Positions 1 through 10,562 of a stretch of DNA of 64,000 bases are shown here, piece after piece. Position numbers and translations under genes: made by a program. Within the stretch, counting starts at the first letter, position 1. Each line of letters opens with the position of its first letter. Source of the DNA: Candidatus Caccoplasma sp. (GTDB lineage: Bacteria > Bacteroidota > Bacteroidia > Bacteroidales > G3-4614); the NCBI GenBank assembly GCA_045613905.1, contig JAZLBW010000034.1:20715-84714 (forward strand). Reading direction: 5' to 3'. Under the pieces are notes generated by a model. That model made no database searches. It was not told the DNA's origin and saw only the letters and a program-made list of their open reading frames with translations.

Positions 1-210
1 ACCCTCCTCAATGAGTTTATCCCATTTCTCGGCATATGCCTCGGCAGAGTCGCTTAATTGTTTTATTCCGTTACCAAGTGATGCGCTGTTTTCGAGTTTT
101 AGGTATGGAAAACCTTTTTTGAAACACTCTAATTGCTCCTCAACTGCTTTTACAGTCATTCCTTTTGCTTCGATTTGAGCAAGATCTTCTTGTGAAAAAC
201 AATACTTCAT
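1..210 (-). CDS. DUF4301-family protein, N-terminal part (runs off left edge)
   Basis: Manual translation from ATG at 210 on the minus strand gives MKYCFSQEDLAQIEAKGMTVKAVEEQLECFKKGFPYLKLENSASLGNGI, resembling the Bacteroidetes DUF4301 N-terminus; open to the window edge. Confidence 0.7.
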   Translation of the reverse strand, partial: MKYCFSQEDLAQIEAKGMTVKAVEEQLECFKKGFPYLKLENSASLGNGIKQLSDSAEAYAEKWDKLIEEG

Positions 211-361
211 ATCCTCTATATTTTAAATTGTTGATATTCGTAGCTGTGCGAAAAATTTGTTTAAGGTTCTTTTAATGATACTTTCGCCCCCCACACAAAT
301 TATTTCATCTTCAAATATACAAAATTAACCTTATATAATTTTATGTTATAAGAAAAAACTC

Positions 362-369
362 TATATTTG
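362..369 (+). promoter_or_regulatory. Bacteroidetes sigma70 -7 element upstream of relA/spoT
   Basis: TATATTTG matches TAnnTTTG, 24 nt before the ATG at 394. Confidence 0.5.
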
Positions 370-393
370 AGAAGATTTTATTGAAACACAGTT

Positions 394-2610
394 ATGCAAA
401 GTCAAGAATTGATGTTCTCGGCTGAGGAAAAGATAGAATTTTTACACTCATATTTAGAGTTGCGACGTCAAACTCGATCAATTATAAATAAGAGTGAATT
501 TGAAAAACTACGATATATCATCTCCGAGGCTACGGCAAAAGACCAATATGGGCGAGATCGCAATGGAAACAGCATATTGTTGCGAAATTTCAATACGGCA
601 CTTATCCTCTCAAAAGAGGTGGGGTTGGATCGATCCACTCTACTCTCAATATTGCTCTACAATGTTGTGGCGCACAAGAGTCGCACCATTGAATATATCG
701 AAACGGAGTTTGGAGGTGACGTGGCAGGTATAATATCGCATCTTATAAAAACCGAGAGCCTCTATTCAAAACATGCTACGGTTCAAAGCGATAACTTCCG
801 AAAATTACTTTTGTCATTTGCCAATGATGCAAGGGTGATAATAATACTTATTGCAGATAACCTGTGTTTGATGCGAATGATAAATCATCACCCCGACAAC
901 AACTACCGACTAAGCATTGCAAGCGAAGCATCATATCTATATGCTCCGTTGGCACACCGATTGGGATTGTATAAGATAAAATCAGAACTTGAAGACCTCT
1001 CGTTGAAATATACAAATCGCGAGGTATTCTCCACTATCGCTTCAAAACTTACGCAAACAAAAGAGAAGCGTCAAAAATACATTGAGTCGTTTATATCGCC
1101 CATAAGGGAGAAACTCTTAAAAGAGGGTTATAAGTTTGAGATGAAGGGTAGAACAAAATCCATCTACTCAATCTATAACAAAATGAAAAAGCAAAAGGCA
1201 GAGTTTGAAGATATTTACGACCTTTTTGCCATCAGAATAATATTGGATACTCCATTAGAGAGGGAAAAATCGGACTGTTGGAGAATATTCTCTATAATAG
1301 CCGATATGTATAAGCCCAATCCCTCAAGAATGAGAGATTGGCTTACCATTCCCAAAAGCAACGGATACGAGTCGTTGCACATAACCGTTTGGGGGCCCGA
1401 AGATCGTTGGGTTGAGGTGCAGATTCGCACCAAACGTATGGACGAGATTGCAGAGAATGGTTTGGCTGCTCATTGGCGATATAAAGGTGTTAAGAGCGAA
1501 AGCGGATTGGATGATTGGTTAAACAGCATGCGTGACATATTGGAATCGTCTGATGACAAAGATGCCTTGGAGTTGGTAAAAGACTTTAGTAAGGATGATT
1601 ACGATAAAGAGGTATTTGTCTTTTCTCCCAAAGGCGATTTGTATAAACTTACCAAAGGAGCTACAGTTTTGGACTTTGCTTACCTTGTTCACACAAACAT
1701 AGGAAACAAGTGTGTGGGAGCAAAGGTTGATGAGAAAAACCAATCGTTGAGATACCAAATAAAGAGTGGCGACACTATTGAAATTTTGACATCTCCACAA
1801 CAAAAACCAAAACAAGATTGGTTGAATATAGCAACACAAACCCGCACCAAGCAGAAGATACGCCAGGCTCTAAAAGAGGCGGAGAATCGCGAAGCCGAGT
1901 ATGGAAAAGAGATGTTCTTCCGCCGTTTGAAAAATAAAAAGATTGAACTTGATGAGGCGGCACTTACTCAACTGATAAAGAAGTCAGGGTTTAAGACTGC
2001 AACAAAGTTCTTCTCTACCGTAGCGCAGGACAAAATAGATATAAACTCAACGATTGATAAATTTGTTCAGATAACTCGCGAAAATGATGAGGAAAACATT
2101 CATCAACGTTCGGCAGAAAATTTTGTTCCGCAAACTCCTGTTCAGCAACAAACCAAGGAGGATGTTTTGGTAATTGATGGTTCGTTGAAGGATATAGAGT
2201 ATAAACTTTCGAAGTGTTGCAACCCTATATATGGAGATGAGATATTTGGCTTTGTGAACTCGCAAGGAGGAATAAAAATACATAGAATGGATTGCCCCAA
2301 TGCAACCGATTTGCGAGGACGATTTGGTTATCGTGTGGTCCCTGCAAAATGGTCGGGCAAGCATGGCTCTCAATATGTGGTTGTATTGCGTGTGGTAGGA
2401 AATGATGATATAGGAATTGTTACAAACATAACCTCCATTATATCAAAAGAGAGCGGGGTGGCAATGCGAAGCATATCAATTGACTCAAACGACGGACTTT
2501 TTCAAGGGCACATAACTGTAATGGTAAGCCATGTGCCTGCGCTGAATGCATTGATAAAGAAACTTAAAACCGTAAAAGGTGTCAAAAACGTAGAGCGAAC
2601 AACGGAGTAG
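394..2610 (+). CDS. relA: Long RelA/SpoT homologue, (p)ppGpp synthetase
   Basis: Synthetase motifs GRTKSIYSIYNKM, YDLFAIRI, PKSNGYESLH, EVQIRT; TGS (DFAYLVHTNIG), CC zinc finger and ACT domain; HD hydrolase motif degenerate. Confidence 0.92.
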   Translation: MQSQELMFSAEEKIEFLHSYLELRRQTRSIINKSEFEKLRYIISEATAKDQYGRDRNGNSILLRNFNTALILSKEVGLDRSTLLSILLYNVVAHKSRTIEYIETEFGGDVAGIISHLIKTESLYSKHATVQSDNFRKLLLSFANDARVIIILIADNLCLMRMINHHPDNNYRLSIASEASYLYAPLAHRLGLYKIKSELEDLSLKYTNREVFSTIASKLTQTKEKRQKYIESFISPIREKLLKEGYKFEMKGRTKSIYSIYNKMKKQKAEFEDIYDLFAIRIILDTPLEREKSDCWRIFSIIADMYKPNPSRMRDWLTIPKSNGYESLHITVWGPEDRWVEVQIRTKRMDEIAENGLAAHWRYKGVKSESGLDDWLNSMRDILESSDDKDALELVKDFSKDDYDKEVFVFSPKGDLYKLTKGATVLDFAYLVHTNIGNKCVGAKVDEKNQSLRYQIKSGDTIEILTSPQQKPKQDWLNIATQTRTKQKIRQALKEAENREAEYGKEMFFRRLKNKKIELDEAALTQLIKKSGFKTATKFFSTVAQDKIDINSTIDKFVQITRENDEENIHQRSAENFVPQTPVQQQTKEDVLVIDGSLKDIEYKLSKCCNPIYGDEIFGFVNSQGGIKIHRMDCPNATDLRGRFGYRVVPAKWSGKHGSQYVVVLRVVGNDDIGIVTNITSIISKESGVAMRSISIDSNDGLFQGHITVMVSHVPALNALIKKLKTVKGVKNVERTTE

Positions 2611-2617
2611 GATATAA

Positions 2618-2660
2618 GTTGTTAGTTGTTAGTTGTTTGTTGTTTGTTAGTTGTTAGTTA
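2618..2660. repeat. Tandem heptamer tract (GTTGTTA)n
   Basis: gttgtta gttgtta gttgttt gttgttt gtta gttgtta gtta just after the relA stop. Confidence 0.8.
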
Positions 2661-2688
2661 GGCAACACTCTAATTATAAAATAAAGAT

Positions 2689-3915
2689 ATGAAAAAAGGA
2701 AGTATAATAAAATGGCTGGTGCCCATTGTAATTATTGCAGGATTGACAATATGGGTAAATTCGCGATGGAGTGTGTGGTTTGGTGATTTGCCGGAACCTG
2801 AATATAAAGTGGAAAATAAAATATCTCGACTGCTGATGACATACGGAACGGAAGGAGAGGAGTCGCGAACCTTCACATGGATGTGTGGAGAGTCTCTTCA
2901 ACCCGCGGTTTTTGAACTCGCAGTACTTGGTGATACAATCCATTTTGAGGGAGAAGGTGAGGTTTATAAATCTCGTTCGGGTAAGGCAGCATATTATAAA
3001 ACCACAATTAAATCACTTCCCGAAGGATTGAATTATAGTTATAGAGTAGTGCATCCATCCGATACAACTGAGTGGTATTCGTTTTGTGTTCCCCTTAAAA
3101 ATGACAAACGAACATTTATATTTTTAGGAGATGTTCAAGACGATTATACAGGCGTAACTCCGAAGATATTTTCAGAGATATTTGAACTATATCCCGATGT
3201 GGATTTTTACCTCTTTGGTGGAGATGTGATAGAACGTCCAATGTCATATTATTGGGATTATTGGTCCTCTTCAATGCAAGATATTCCAAAAGTAAAACCA
3301 ATTTTGGCGGCTGCAGGAAACCATGAATATTTAAAATCGTTTCCTCGTCATCTTGAGGATAGATTTGGTATGGTATTCCCATATGCCGCAGCAGAAAATA
3401 ATAAAGGGAATGCTCTATTCTCTGTTGAACTTGGTGATGCTCAATTCTTTTTGTTGGACTCAAACAAAGACTTTTGGGAATATTTCTACCAAAGAGCGTG
3501 GTTAAAAGATGAATTGAAAAATAGCGATTCGCAATGGCAGATAGTGGTGTCGCACCATCCTATATATTCTGTTAAAGGACGCTTTAATCAACTATTGCAA
3601 CGAATGGCATTTAACCCTGTAATAAAAAAGAGAGGAGTGGATTTGGTTTTGCAAGGGCACGAACATGCTTATATGAGAACATCTAAAAAAATTGACGATG
3701 GTTCATTGCGCACACCTGTATATATCACTTCGCACTGCTCGCCAAAGAATTATAAAATATCATATCCTTCTGATTATACAAAAACTGATGGTGATGATAG
3801 ATATTATCAGTTAATATCATACGACTTTGAAAAAATAGTAGTAGAAACCTATAATTCACAACACGAACAAATAGACAGAATTGAAATTCTTTCTTCTGGT
3901 GAGGTGGTAGAGTAA
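2689..3915 (+). CDS. Purple-acid-phosphatase-like metallophosphoesterase with N-terminal anchor and FN3-like domain
   Basis: Calcineurin-like motifs GDVQ, GGDVIE, GNHE, SHHP, GHEH. Confidence 0.85.
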   Translation: MKKGSIIKWLVPIVIIAGLTIWVNSRWSVWFGDLPEPEYKVENKISRLLMTYGTEGEESRTFTWMCGESLQPAVFELAVLGDTIHFEGEGEVYKSRSGKAAYYKTTIKSLPEGLNYSYRVVHPSDTTEWYSFCVPLKNDKRTFIFLGDVQDDYTGVTPKIFSEIFELYPDVDFYLFGGDVIERPMSYYWDYWSSSMQDIPKVKPILAAAGNHEYLKSFPRHLEDRFGMVFPYAAAENNKGNALFSVELGDAQFFLLDSNKDFWEYFYQRAWLKDELKNSDSQWQIVVSHHPIYSVKGRFNQLLQRMAFNPVIKKRGVDLVLQGHEHAYMRTSKKIDDGSLRTPVYITSHCSPKNYKISYPSDYTKTDGDDRYYQLISYDFEKIVVETYNSQHEQIDRIEILSSGEVVE

Positions 3916-3947
3916 GAAATTAGGTTTATCAATTCTTGTAAAAGAGA

Positions 3948-3982
3948 AAGAGGCTGAGTCAAAATTTATGACTCAGCCTCTT
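3948..3982. terminator. Bidirectional terminator-like hairpin, related to the element at 43651
   Basis: aagaggctgagtca-aaattta-tgactcagcctctt between convergent genes. Confidence 0.7.
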
Positions 3983-4006
3983 AACTTTATTGAGAAATAA
4001 AAAAGA

Positions 4007-5743
4007 CTATCTTTTGCTTACAAAAGCCCTATGCAAATCCTGAGAAATATTAATGATAAAATCTCCCATTCGCTCAAGTTGGTTTATTACGTCTAAATAA
4101 TAAACGCTTGTTTGATAGTTCTTTCTGTTGTTTTCAATATCCTCAATCTCTGTGTCACGAAGTTCGTTTCTTAAGTTATTGATGCGCTCTTCAGCGTTAT
4201 AAGCATTGCTTATATCTGTTAAATCACCCTTGCTCGCTGCTGTCAGGTTATCAATCATTACCTGATAAGCACCATCTACGCAATTTATTAACTCTTCAAC
4301 GCTTTTAACGGTGTTCTCATCAAAACTCTTTTTATGAATGTTCCTTCTTGAGAGAATACGACTGATAACTTCTCCTGAATCTCCAAGAGATTCCAATTCT
4401 CCAATGATTTTATACATGGCTTTAATTTTCATAGAAGTGCTCTCGCTAATATCCTCTGTTGATAGAGCATTTAAGAATGTTGCAATTTCCGATTCTATTC
4501 TGTCAGAAATCTCTTCATATTTAACTAATTTGTTTCGTAACTCCGAAAATTTATCAGAGTCGTTCTCTCCGATTAATGCCTTTGTGTATCCAAGTCCTCT
4601 TCTTGATATTTCTGCAAAATGGATGATTTCGTTAAATGCCTGTTCAGTTGCCAACTCAGGAGTTGATAATGGACCTGCCGATATATATTTTAGTCTGAAA
4701 ATCTCACTTTCTTGGTTTTTAGGACTCTTTATAATCCATGTAACCGCCTTTTCGATGTATTTTATAAGCCAAACCAAAATGAAGGTGTTTATGGTGTTAA
4801 ACATAGTGTGCAACATTGATAGTCCGTAAAGTGCGGCAACACTTGTCGCAGCATCTGTCGAGGTAACGCTAAAGTTGTCTGCCGCAGGATTAGGTAATCC
4901 GAAAAGCTCAATAACGCTTCCGACAAGTGCAAGGAACGGGGTAAAAAATATTAATGCCCATACAACTCCAAATAGATTGAAAATGGTGTGTGACATTGCT
5001 GCTCTTTTTGCTTGAGTGTTACCTATCGATGCCGCAATATTTGCTGTGATTGTAGTACCGATATTCTCTCCCAATACCATTGCACATGCCATGTTAAACG
5101 GAATCCATCCCATGCTTAGCATGATAAGAGTAATGGCCATGGTTGCTGATGATGATTGTAGTACAAGTGTAAGAATTGTACCGAAAGCAAGGAATATTAA
5201 AACCGAAGTAAATCCATAACTCGACCATGTTTTTACAAAATCCAATACCTCGGGGGTTGAATTTAGATCAGGAACCGATTCTTTCATAAATGAAAGTCCG
5301 AGGAATAGAAGACAGAAGCCCACTATCAATTCTCCAATATTTTGTCTTTGGTTCTTTTTTGAGTTTGAGAACAAGAATCCAAATAGCATCAAAGGAATAG
5401 CAAGGATTGAAATGTCTGCTTTAAATCCTAACCATGCGACAAGCCATGCAGTAACGGTGGTACCGATATTGGCACCCATAATAACTCCGATTGCTTGATA
5501 TAGAGTAAGTAATCCTGCATTGACAAAACTGACAACCATAACGGTTGTTGCCGATGAGGATTGAATTATTGAAGTAATTCCAACTCCTGTCAGCACCCCT
5601 TTGAATGGATTGGATGTCATTGCCGACAGAAAACCACGTAGTTTATCTCCAGAAGCTTTTTGAAGGCCCGAACTCATTAAGTTCATTCCGTAAAGGAACA
5701 TGCCGAGAGCTCCTAATAATGTGAAAATTTGAAGAATTCCCAT
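4007..5743 (-). CDS. Na+/Pi cotransporter family protein with PhoU-like C-terminus
   Basis: Duplicated QSSSAT and GANIGTT/GENIGTT motifs; helical C-terminal domain ending LERMGDFIINI. Confidence 0.92.
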   Translation of the reverse strand: MGILQIFTLLGALGMFLYGMNLMSSGLQKASGDKLRGFLSAMTSNPFKGVLTGVGITSIIQSSSATTVMVVSFVNAGLLTLYQAIGVIMGANIGTTVTAWLVAWLGFKADISILAIPLMLFGFLFSNSKKNQRQNIGELIVGFCLLFLGLSFMKESVPDLNSTPEVLDFVKTWSSYGFTSVLIFLAFGTILTLVLQSSSATMAITLIMLSMGWIPFNMACAMVLGENIGTTITANIAASIGNTQAKRAAMSHTIFNLFGVVWALIFFTPFLALVGSVIELFGLPNPAADNFSVTSTDAATSVAALYGLSMLHTMFNTINTFILVWLIKYIEKAVTWIIKSPKNQESEIFRLKYISAGPLSTPELATEQAFNEIIHFAEISRRGLGYTKALIGENDSDKFSELRNKLVKYEEISDRIESEIATFLNALSTEDISESTSMKIKAMYKIIGELESLGDSGEVISRILSRRNIHKKSFDENTVKSVEELINCVDGAYQVMIDNLTAASKGDLTDISNAYNAEERINNLRNELRDTEIEDIENNRKNYQTSVYYLDVINQLERMGDFIINISQDLHRAFVSKR

Positions 5744-5790
5744 AAATTTATAGATATAAAGTTTATAAATAATCTTTCTGTAAACTTGAA

Positions 5791-6249
5791 TTATTTAATA
5801 AGATTTTTAATTTGAGCTATTTCGTATTCCCCCATACTTGTACACGGACTATATTGAAAAGGAATATATTCAAGAAGTTGGATGTATGCCTTTTGAGTGG
5901 ATTTGCTGTAAAATATCACCAATCTTAAATCCTGACCGTTTCCGTTTTCAGAGATGTTTATTGTATTGGGGTCTGATTTTAGTGCGGCAATGATAGTGGG
6001 TTTCATCTTTTGTTGAAATGATAACTCGCGTTTTAAATATAACTCCCCACTTTCACTCTCTTTGTATGCTCTTTTTAGTACAAAGGCGAGAACGATGCCT
6101 AAAATAATCAGTGAGTATCCTCCGAAAACAACTCCAATACCGTTAAACGCAAATGAAATTACGGCTCCTGTAATTATGAGAGATAAGGATATAATAATAT
6201 CTTTAATTGTACGAACTTTTATGAAATTCTTTTCCATTTTATTTATCAT
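5791..6249 (-). CDS. Hypothetical membrane protein (2 TM)
   Basis: 152-aa ORF with two hydrophobic segments, co-oriented with the transporter. Confidence 0.65.
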   Translation of the reverse strand: MINKMEKNFIKVRTIKDIIISLSLIITGAVISFAFNGIGVVFGGYSLIILGIVLAFVLKRAYKESESGELYLKRELSFQQKMKPTIIAALKSDPNTINISENGNGQDLRLVIFYSKSTQKAYIQLLEYIPFQYSPCTSMGEYEIAQIKNLIK

Positions 6250-6387
6250 TTAGTTTGTGTATAATTTTATATTTCAGCAACATTACATAAATAATGTGCT
6301 TTTTATTTTCTTTATGACAAGTAGTGCGATATCTTCCACTAATGAGCAGACGATACCACATAAACTAAGATTTGTGTAAACTAAGGG

Positions 6388-6795
6388 CTAAATGATAAGT
6401 TTGCCAAATCTAATCAGCATCTGATTTTGATTGACAAAAAATTGATTTGGAGTTAAGGATGAGTTTATAATGTATTGACTAAAGTAGGGATTGATTATTT
6501 TACCCTCTTTGTCTAATTCAAAATTGTTTCGGTTTGTTGTATTTACTCTTTTTGAAGGAGATTGTCGAAGTGCAACCGCGGATAGAGATTGTGGTGGCAG
6601 ACAAAATTCCGAGTTAATCTCTATCGAATCGGTATAATACGAAATGTCTTCTGTTTCAATATTATCTGAGTATATCTTCGAGGTTGTGGTATTTGATTGC
6701 TCTTCCGCTGCGATGAGACTTATCGCAACGAATATAAATGGAATTATATATTTAAGTAGTTTTATCACAAATAATAAACAATATTCCTTATGCAA
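6388..6795 (-). CDS. Hypothetical protein, possible signal peptide (start uncertain)
   Basis: 135-aa ORF fills the gap; hydrophobic IIPFIFVAISLIAA. Confidence 0.45.
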   Translation of the reverse strand: MHKEYCLLFVIKLLKYIIPFIFVAISLIAAEEQSNTTTSKIYSDNIETEDISYYTDSIEINSEFCLPPQSLSAVALRQSPSKRVNTTNRNNFELDKEGKIINPYFSQYIINSSLTPNQFFVNQNQMLIRFGKLII

Positions 6796-6863
6796 ATATA
6801 GTCAAAGAAATTTAATTGCTAAAATTTATGGGTTGAGAATAGCTGTTTATTCGTATGAAAAAA

Positions 6864-6891
6864 AACTAACGAGGCTTTAGCCCCGTTAGTT
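6864..6891 (-). terminator. Intrinsic terminator of ndk
   Basis: aactaacgaggct-tt-agccccgttagtt, preceded by an A-run (U-tail on the minus strand). Confidence 0.65.
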
Positions 6892-6930
6892 AAGATAAAT
6901 ATGTGTTATACTATTTTGTCTTCTGTTTTT

Positions 6931-7395
6931 TTAAAATTCATCATTTGCATACAGATAGTCAAAAGTTGCCAATTTGTAATCGAAAATCTCTTCGGCTTTG
7001 AAGAAACGTTTCAATTCAGCCTCAGCTGTTTCGGGAGAGTCCGATGCGTGAACAATGTTCTCTTGGAAGCTCATGCTGAAATCGCCACGAATTGTTCCTG
7101 CGGGAGCTTTACGGCCTGTTGTGGGACCTGTAATGGTTCTTACCGCCTCAATGGCATCAACACCCTCATAGCAACATACAATAACGGGGCAAGTCATCAT
7201 TGAGTCTTTTACTCTTTGGAAGAAAGGTTTGCTACTTAGGTGTGAGTAATGCTCGCTTAATACATCGTCGGTAAGTTGAACCATCTTCATACCACAGAGT
7301 CTCAAACCTTTTTGCTCAAAGCGTTTTGTAACTTCACCAATCAAACCTCTTTGTACAGTACAAGGTTTTAAAATAACAAGAGTTTTCTCTAACAT
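6931..7395 (-). CDS. ndk: Nucleoside-diphosphate kinase
   Basis: EKTLVILKP, GTIRGDF, NIVHASDS active-site His motif. Confidence 0.96.
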   Translation of the reverse strand: MLEKTLVILKPCTVQRGLIGEVTKRFEQKGLRLCGMKMVQLTDDVLSEHYSHLSSKPFFQRVKDSMMTCPVIVCCYEGVDAIEAVRTITGPTTGRKAPAGTIRGDFSMSFQENIVHASDSPETAEAELKRFFKAEEIFDYKLATFDYLYANDEF

Positions 7396-7592
7396 GATTG
7401 TTTATGTTTTAAATTTATAAAATGCTTAAAATAAATTTTTTATAAAGGTATAAATTTATTTTTATATTAAACAATTTTATGTTGTAAATAATTTAAAAAT
7501 GAAGAAATCTCTCTCTACATAAAAAGAGTAAAAAAAAAAACTGCACCAAAATTAATATTTCGGTACAGTCTGTATTTATTTGAGTATTGTTT

Positions 7593-8150
7593 TTAATATC
7601 CTCCGTTGTCTTCGCTGAAGTCCATATCGCTGAATCCATCAGTATCCAACTCGTCAGGATTGTATCCGTTTTCAATACCAAAGTCATCCTCATCAATATC
7701 AATTGAAGAAGTTGTTGCCATTTTTTTATCCAACTCCTCAATAGTCATAACTTGTTTTGGCGCTTTGCCCTTAACTTTAGTACATAGAGGGTCTAACAAA
7801 TTTTTACCTAACTCAATTTCTCTCAACTCCATAAAGAATGAACGATCTGCCATCATGTCAAAGACAAAAAGCATACGTTGGTGTTCATCCTCAATCAACT
7901 CGCTCAAACGAGTGTCCTCCATCAACCATACATCCTCGTCAGAAGATGAGTCCATCTCAATGAGAGTGACCTCCTCTCTCTTTTCCCAATTATCCTCACA
8001 AATAAAGAATGATGTCAATTGGTCTTTAGTGTAATTTACCGATTCCAAAATAGCATCGTTCAATTCCAAGAATGTTGCCTCTGAGTCAATGCATATCTCT
8101 CTTGAAAATGTCTCTACCTCGTCCGAAAGTAATAAAAACTTGTATATCAT
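7593..8150 (-). CDS. Conserved acidic Bacteroidetes protein (pRiA4b ORF3/TnpR-like family), usual neighbour of lpxA
   Basis: MIYKFLLLSDEVETFSREICIDSEATFLELNDAILESV...FVFDMMADRSFFMELREI; position downstream of lpxA. Confidence 0.75.
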   Translation of the reverse strand: MIYKFLLLSDEVETFSREICIDSEATFLELNDAILESVNYTKDQLTSFFICEDNWEKREEVTLIEMDSSSDEDVWLMEDTRLSELIEDEHQRMLFVFDMMADRSFFMELREIELGKNLLDPLCTKVKGKAPKQVMTIEELDKKMATTSSIDIDEDDFGIENGYNPDELDTDGFSDMDFSEDNGGY

Positions 8151-8253
8151 AAAATTTCTATTTAATCTCTTAATTAAGTTCTAATTTTAAGACAAAGTTA
8201 TGTAATACCTCTTAAATAGACAATATCTTTGAGTATAAAATTATATCAAAATT

Positions 8254-9027
8254 TTATTTGCCTTTTACAATACCTCTGTCTGAAGATTTTACGAAATTAA
8301 CAATAATCTCTTTTTCTTCTGAATCGGGTACTTCTGCAATGATTTTATTGATTGCATCGGTGTTGTTAAGGTCCGAATTGTATAAAATACGGTACATGTT
8401 TTGGATATTTTCTATCTGTTCGGCGCTAAAACCTCTACGTCTCAATCCAATCAAGTTTATACCTGCAAATACTGTTGGAATTCTTCCTACAACTGCAAAA
8501 GGAGGCACGTCTTTGTTAATGTGGCTACCGCCTTGAATCATTACCTGAGTACCAATTTTTGAGAATTGGTGCATAAGAGTTCCTCCACCAATTGTGGCAA
8601 AGTCGTCAATCTCAACCTCTCCAGCTATTTGAGAGGCATTTGCCACGATAATATTGTTTTTCAATATACAGTCGTGAGCTATATGAGAGTATGCCATAAT
8701 AAGGCAGTTGTTTCCTACAACAGTTTTCCCTCTTGATGCAGTTCCTCTGTTTACAGTAACAAATTCTCTGATGGTTGTGTTGTCTCCAATCTCTGCAGTA
8801 CTGTATTCTCCTCTGAATTTTAGGTCTTGAGGTTCTCCACCAATAACAGCGCCTGAGCAAATATGACAATTTTTGCCGATTCTTGAACCTTTTAGAATAC
8901 TTGCATTAGAGTCAATTCTGGTTCCATCTCCAATTATAACATCCTCTTCAATTGTCACAAATGGACCAATGACAACATCTTTGCCAATTTGAGCATCGGG
9001 ATGTATCGAAGCTAGTGTTTGTTGCAT
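8254..9027 (-). CDS. lpxA: Acyl-ACP--UDP-GlcNAc O-acyltransferase
   Basis: Hexapeptide repeats, PQDLKF, IREFVTVNRGT, HIAHDC, GLRRRGF. Confidence 0.96.
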   Translation of the reverse strand: MQQTLASIHPDAQIGKDVVIGPFVTIEEDVIIGDGTRIDSNASILKGSRIGKNCHICSGAVIGGEPQDLKFRGEYSTAEIGDNTTIREFVTVNRGTASRGKTVVGNNCLIMAYSHIAHDCILKNNIIVANASQIAGEVEIDDFATIGGGTLMHQFSKIGTQVMIQGGSHINKDVPPFAVVGRIPTVFAGINLIGLRRRGFSAEQIENIQNMYRILYNSDLNNTDAINKIIAEVPDSEEKEIIVNFVKSSDRGIVKGK

Positions 9028-9038
9028 ATCTTTATCTT

Positions 9039-10421
9039 TTATTTGTTTTTTACTATTTGGGCAAGGAATTCAGCTTCCGTTGCAATCTTATCTCCTACAA
9101 AAACGTATCCTTTCATTGAGGCAATTCCCCTGCGTAGTTCCGACATAAACGATACGTGGAAAATTGCTGTATCGCCGGGAACAACCTTTTGTCTGAATTT
9201 TACATTATTAATAGTTAAGAAGTATGTTGAATACTCTTCGGGATTATCCACAGAACTTAATACTAACAATCCTCCTGTTTGAGCCATAGCCTCAACCAAC
9301 AACACTCCGGGGACAACAGGTTCTTGAGGGAAGTGTCCTTGGAAGAAAGGTTCGTTGGCTGTAAAGTTTTTAAGTCCTACGATGGCATTGCTATCCATAT
9401 CAATGATTTTATCTACCAATAGCATTGGGTAGCGATGTGGTAATAGCTCTTTAATGCGATTAACATCCATTAATGGAGCATTGTTTGGATTGTAATTGGG
9501 GGCTTGCATCTCTTGTTTTTTCATATCCTTGCGGATAGCTTTTGCAAGTTTATTGTTGATGCCGTGTCCCGAGCGAGTTGCAATAACTCTACCTTTGATT
9601 GGTTTGCCAATTAGAGCAAGGTCTCCAATTAAGTCAAGGAGTTTATGTCTTGCGGGTTCGTTGTCAAATACCAAAGGTTTGTTGTTTATATATCCAAGTT
9701 CCAATGAGTTTTTCTTTTGAGTACCCATTAAATCAGACAATCTGTCCAATCCCTCTTGCGACATCTCTTGGTCGTATATAACAATGGCATTGTCAAGGTC
9801 GCCTCCTTTAATAAGACCTGCATTCAAAAGAGGTTCAATCTCTCGTACAAAAACGAAAGTTCTGCTTGCGGCAATATCCTCTTTGAAATTTTCTATATTT
9901 TCAAGAGTGGCAAACTGATTGCTCAACACAGATGAGTTAAAACTGATAAGGGTGTTGATGCTGAAATTTTCATCAGGAAGAATGATAAGAGAAGCTCCGC
10001 TCTCCTCATCTTTAACCTCTATTTTGTTTTTTACAACATAAAAATCTTGTTCTGCATCAAGCTCCACTATACCAACTCTTTCAATCTCTTCAACATAGCG
10101 AATTGCGCTACCGTCGAGAATTGGGAACTCAGGTGCGTTAACCTCAATCAAACAGTTGGTAATGCCATAAGCATACAAAGCGGCCATACCATGTTCAATG
10201 GTGCTTACGCATGCTTCGCCCTTTTTAATTACTGTTCCGCGTTGAGTTTGGCAAACAGCCTCCGCTACAGCATCAATAATGGGCTGTTCCGGTAGGTCAA
10301 CACGTTTTATTTTGTATCCGAAGTTTTCGGGAGCAGGATTAAACGTTACAGTTATGTCAAGACCTGTGTGTAATCCTTTTCCACTTAACGAAAAACTCTC
10401 TTTTAAACTTTTTTGTTTCAT
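9039..10421 (-). CDS. lpxC: Bifunctional LpxC/FabZ
   Basis: GKGLHTG, STIEH, DGSA, RHKLLDLIGDL (LpxC) fused to LPHRYPMLLVD, FFQGHFP, PGVLLVEAMAQ (FabZ). Confidence 0.96.
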   Translation of the reverse strand: MKQKSLKESFSLSGKGLHTGLDITVTFNPAPENFGYKIKRVDLPEQPIIDAVAEAVCQTQRGTVIKKGEACVSTIEHGMAALYAYGITNCLIEVNAPEFPILDGSAIRYVEEIERVGIVELDAEQDFYVVKNKIEVKDEESGASLIILPDENFSINTLISFNSSVLSNQFATLENIENFKEDIAASRTFVFVREIEPLLNAGLIKGGDLDNAIVIYDQEMSQEGLDRLSDLMGTQKKNSLELGYINNKPLVFDNEPARHKLLDLIGDLALIGKPIKGRVIATRSGHGINNKLAKAIRKDMKKQEMQAPNYNPNNAPLMDVNRIKELLPHRYPMLLVDKIIDMDSNAIVGLKNFTANEPFFQGHFPQEPVVPGVLLVEAMAQTGGLLVLSSVDNPEEYSTYFLTINNVKFRQKVVPGDTAIFHVSFMSELRRGIASMKGYVFVGDKIATEAEFLAQIVKNK

Positions 10422-10562
10422 GATTAAATATTTTTCCGTACAAACCTAAATGCAAATAAACTCAAATATTTTATACAAAAAAAATGTTTTGTAAAAATAA
10501 TTGTTATCTCTTAATCTTTTAGTAGAGAACTTTGTGTTTTAGGATGTCGTATTATGATAAAA

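Noticed and set aside
324-351. TTATGTTATAA as a dif/XerD arm
   Set aside because: There is no matching XerC arm at 6-bp spacing; it lies in an AT-rich divergent promoter region.
7593-8150. TnpR/pRiA4b-like gene as evidence of a mobile element
   Set aside because: It is a conserved chromosomal neighbour of lpxA in Bacteroidales; there is no transposase or terminal repeat.
9039-10421. LpxC-FabZ fusion as a novelty
   Set aside because: This fusion is standard in Bacteroidetes.
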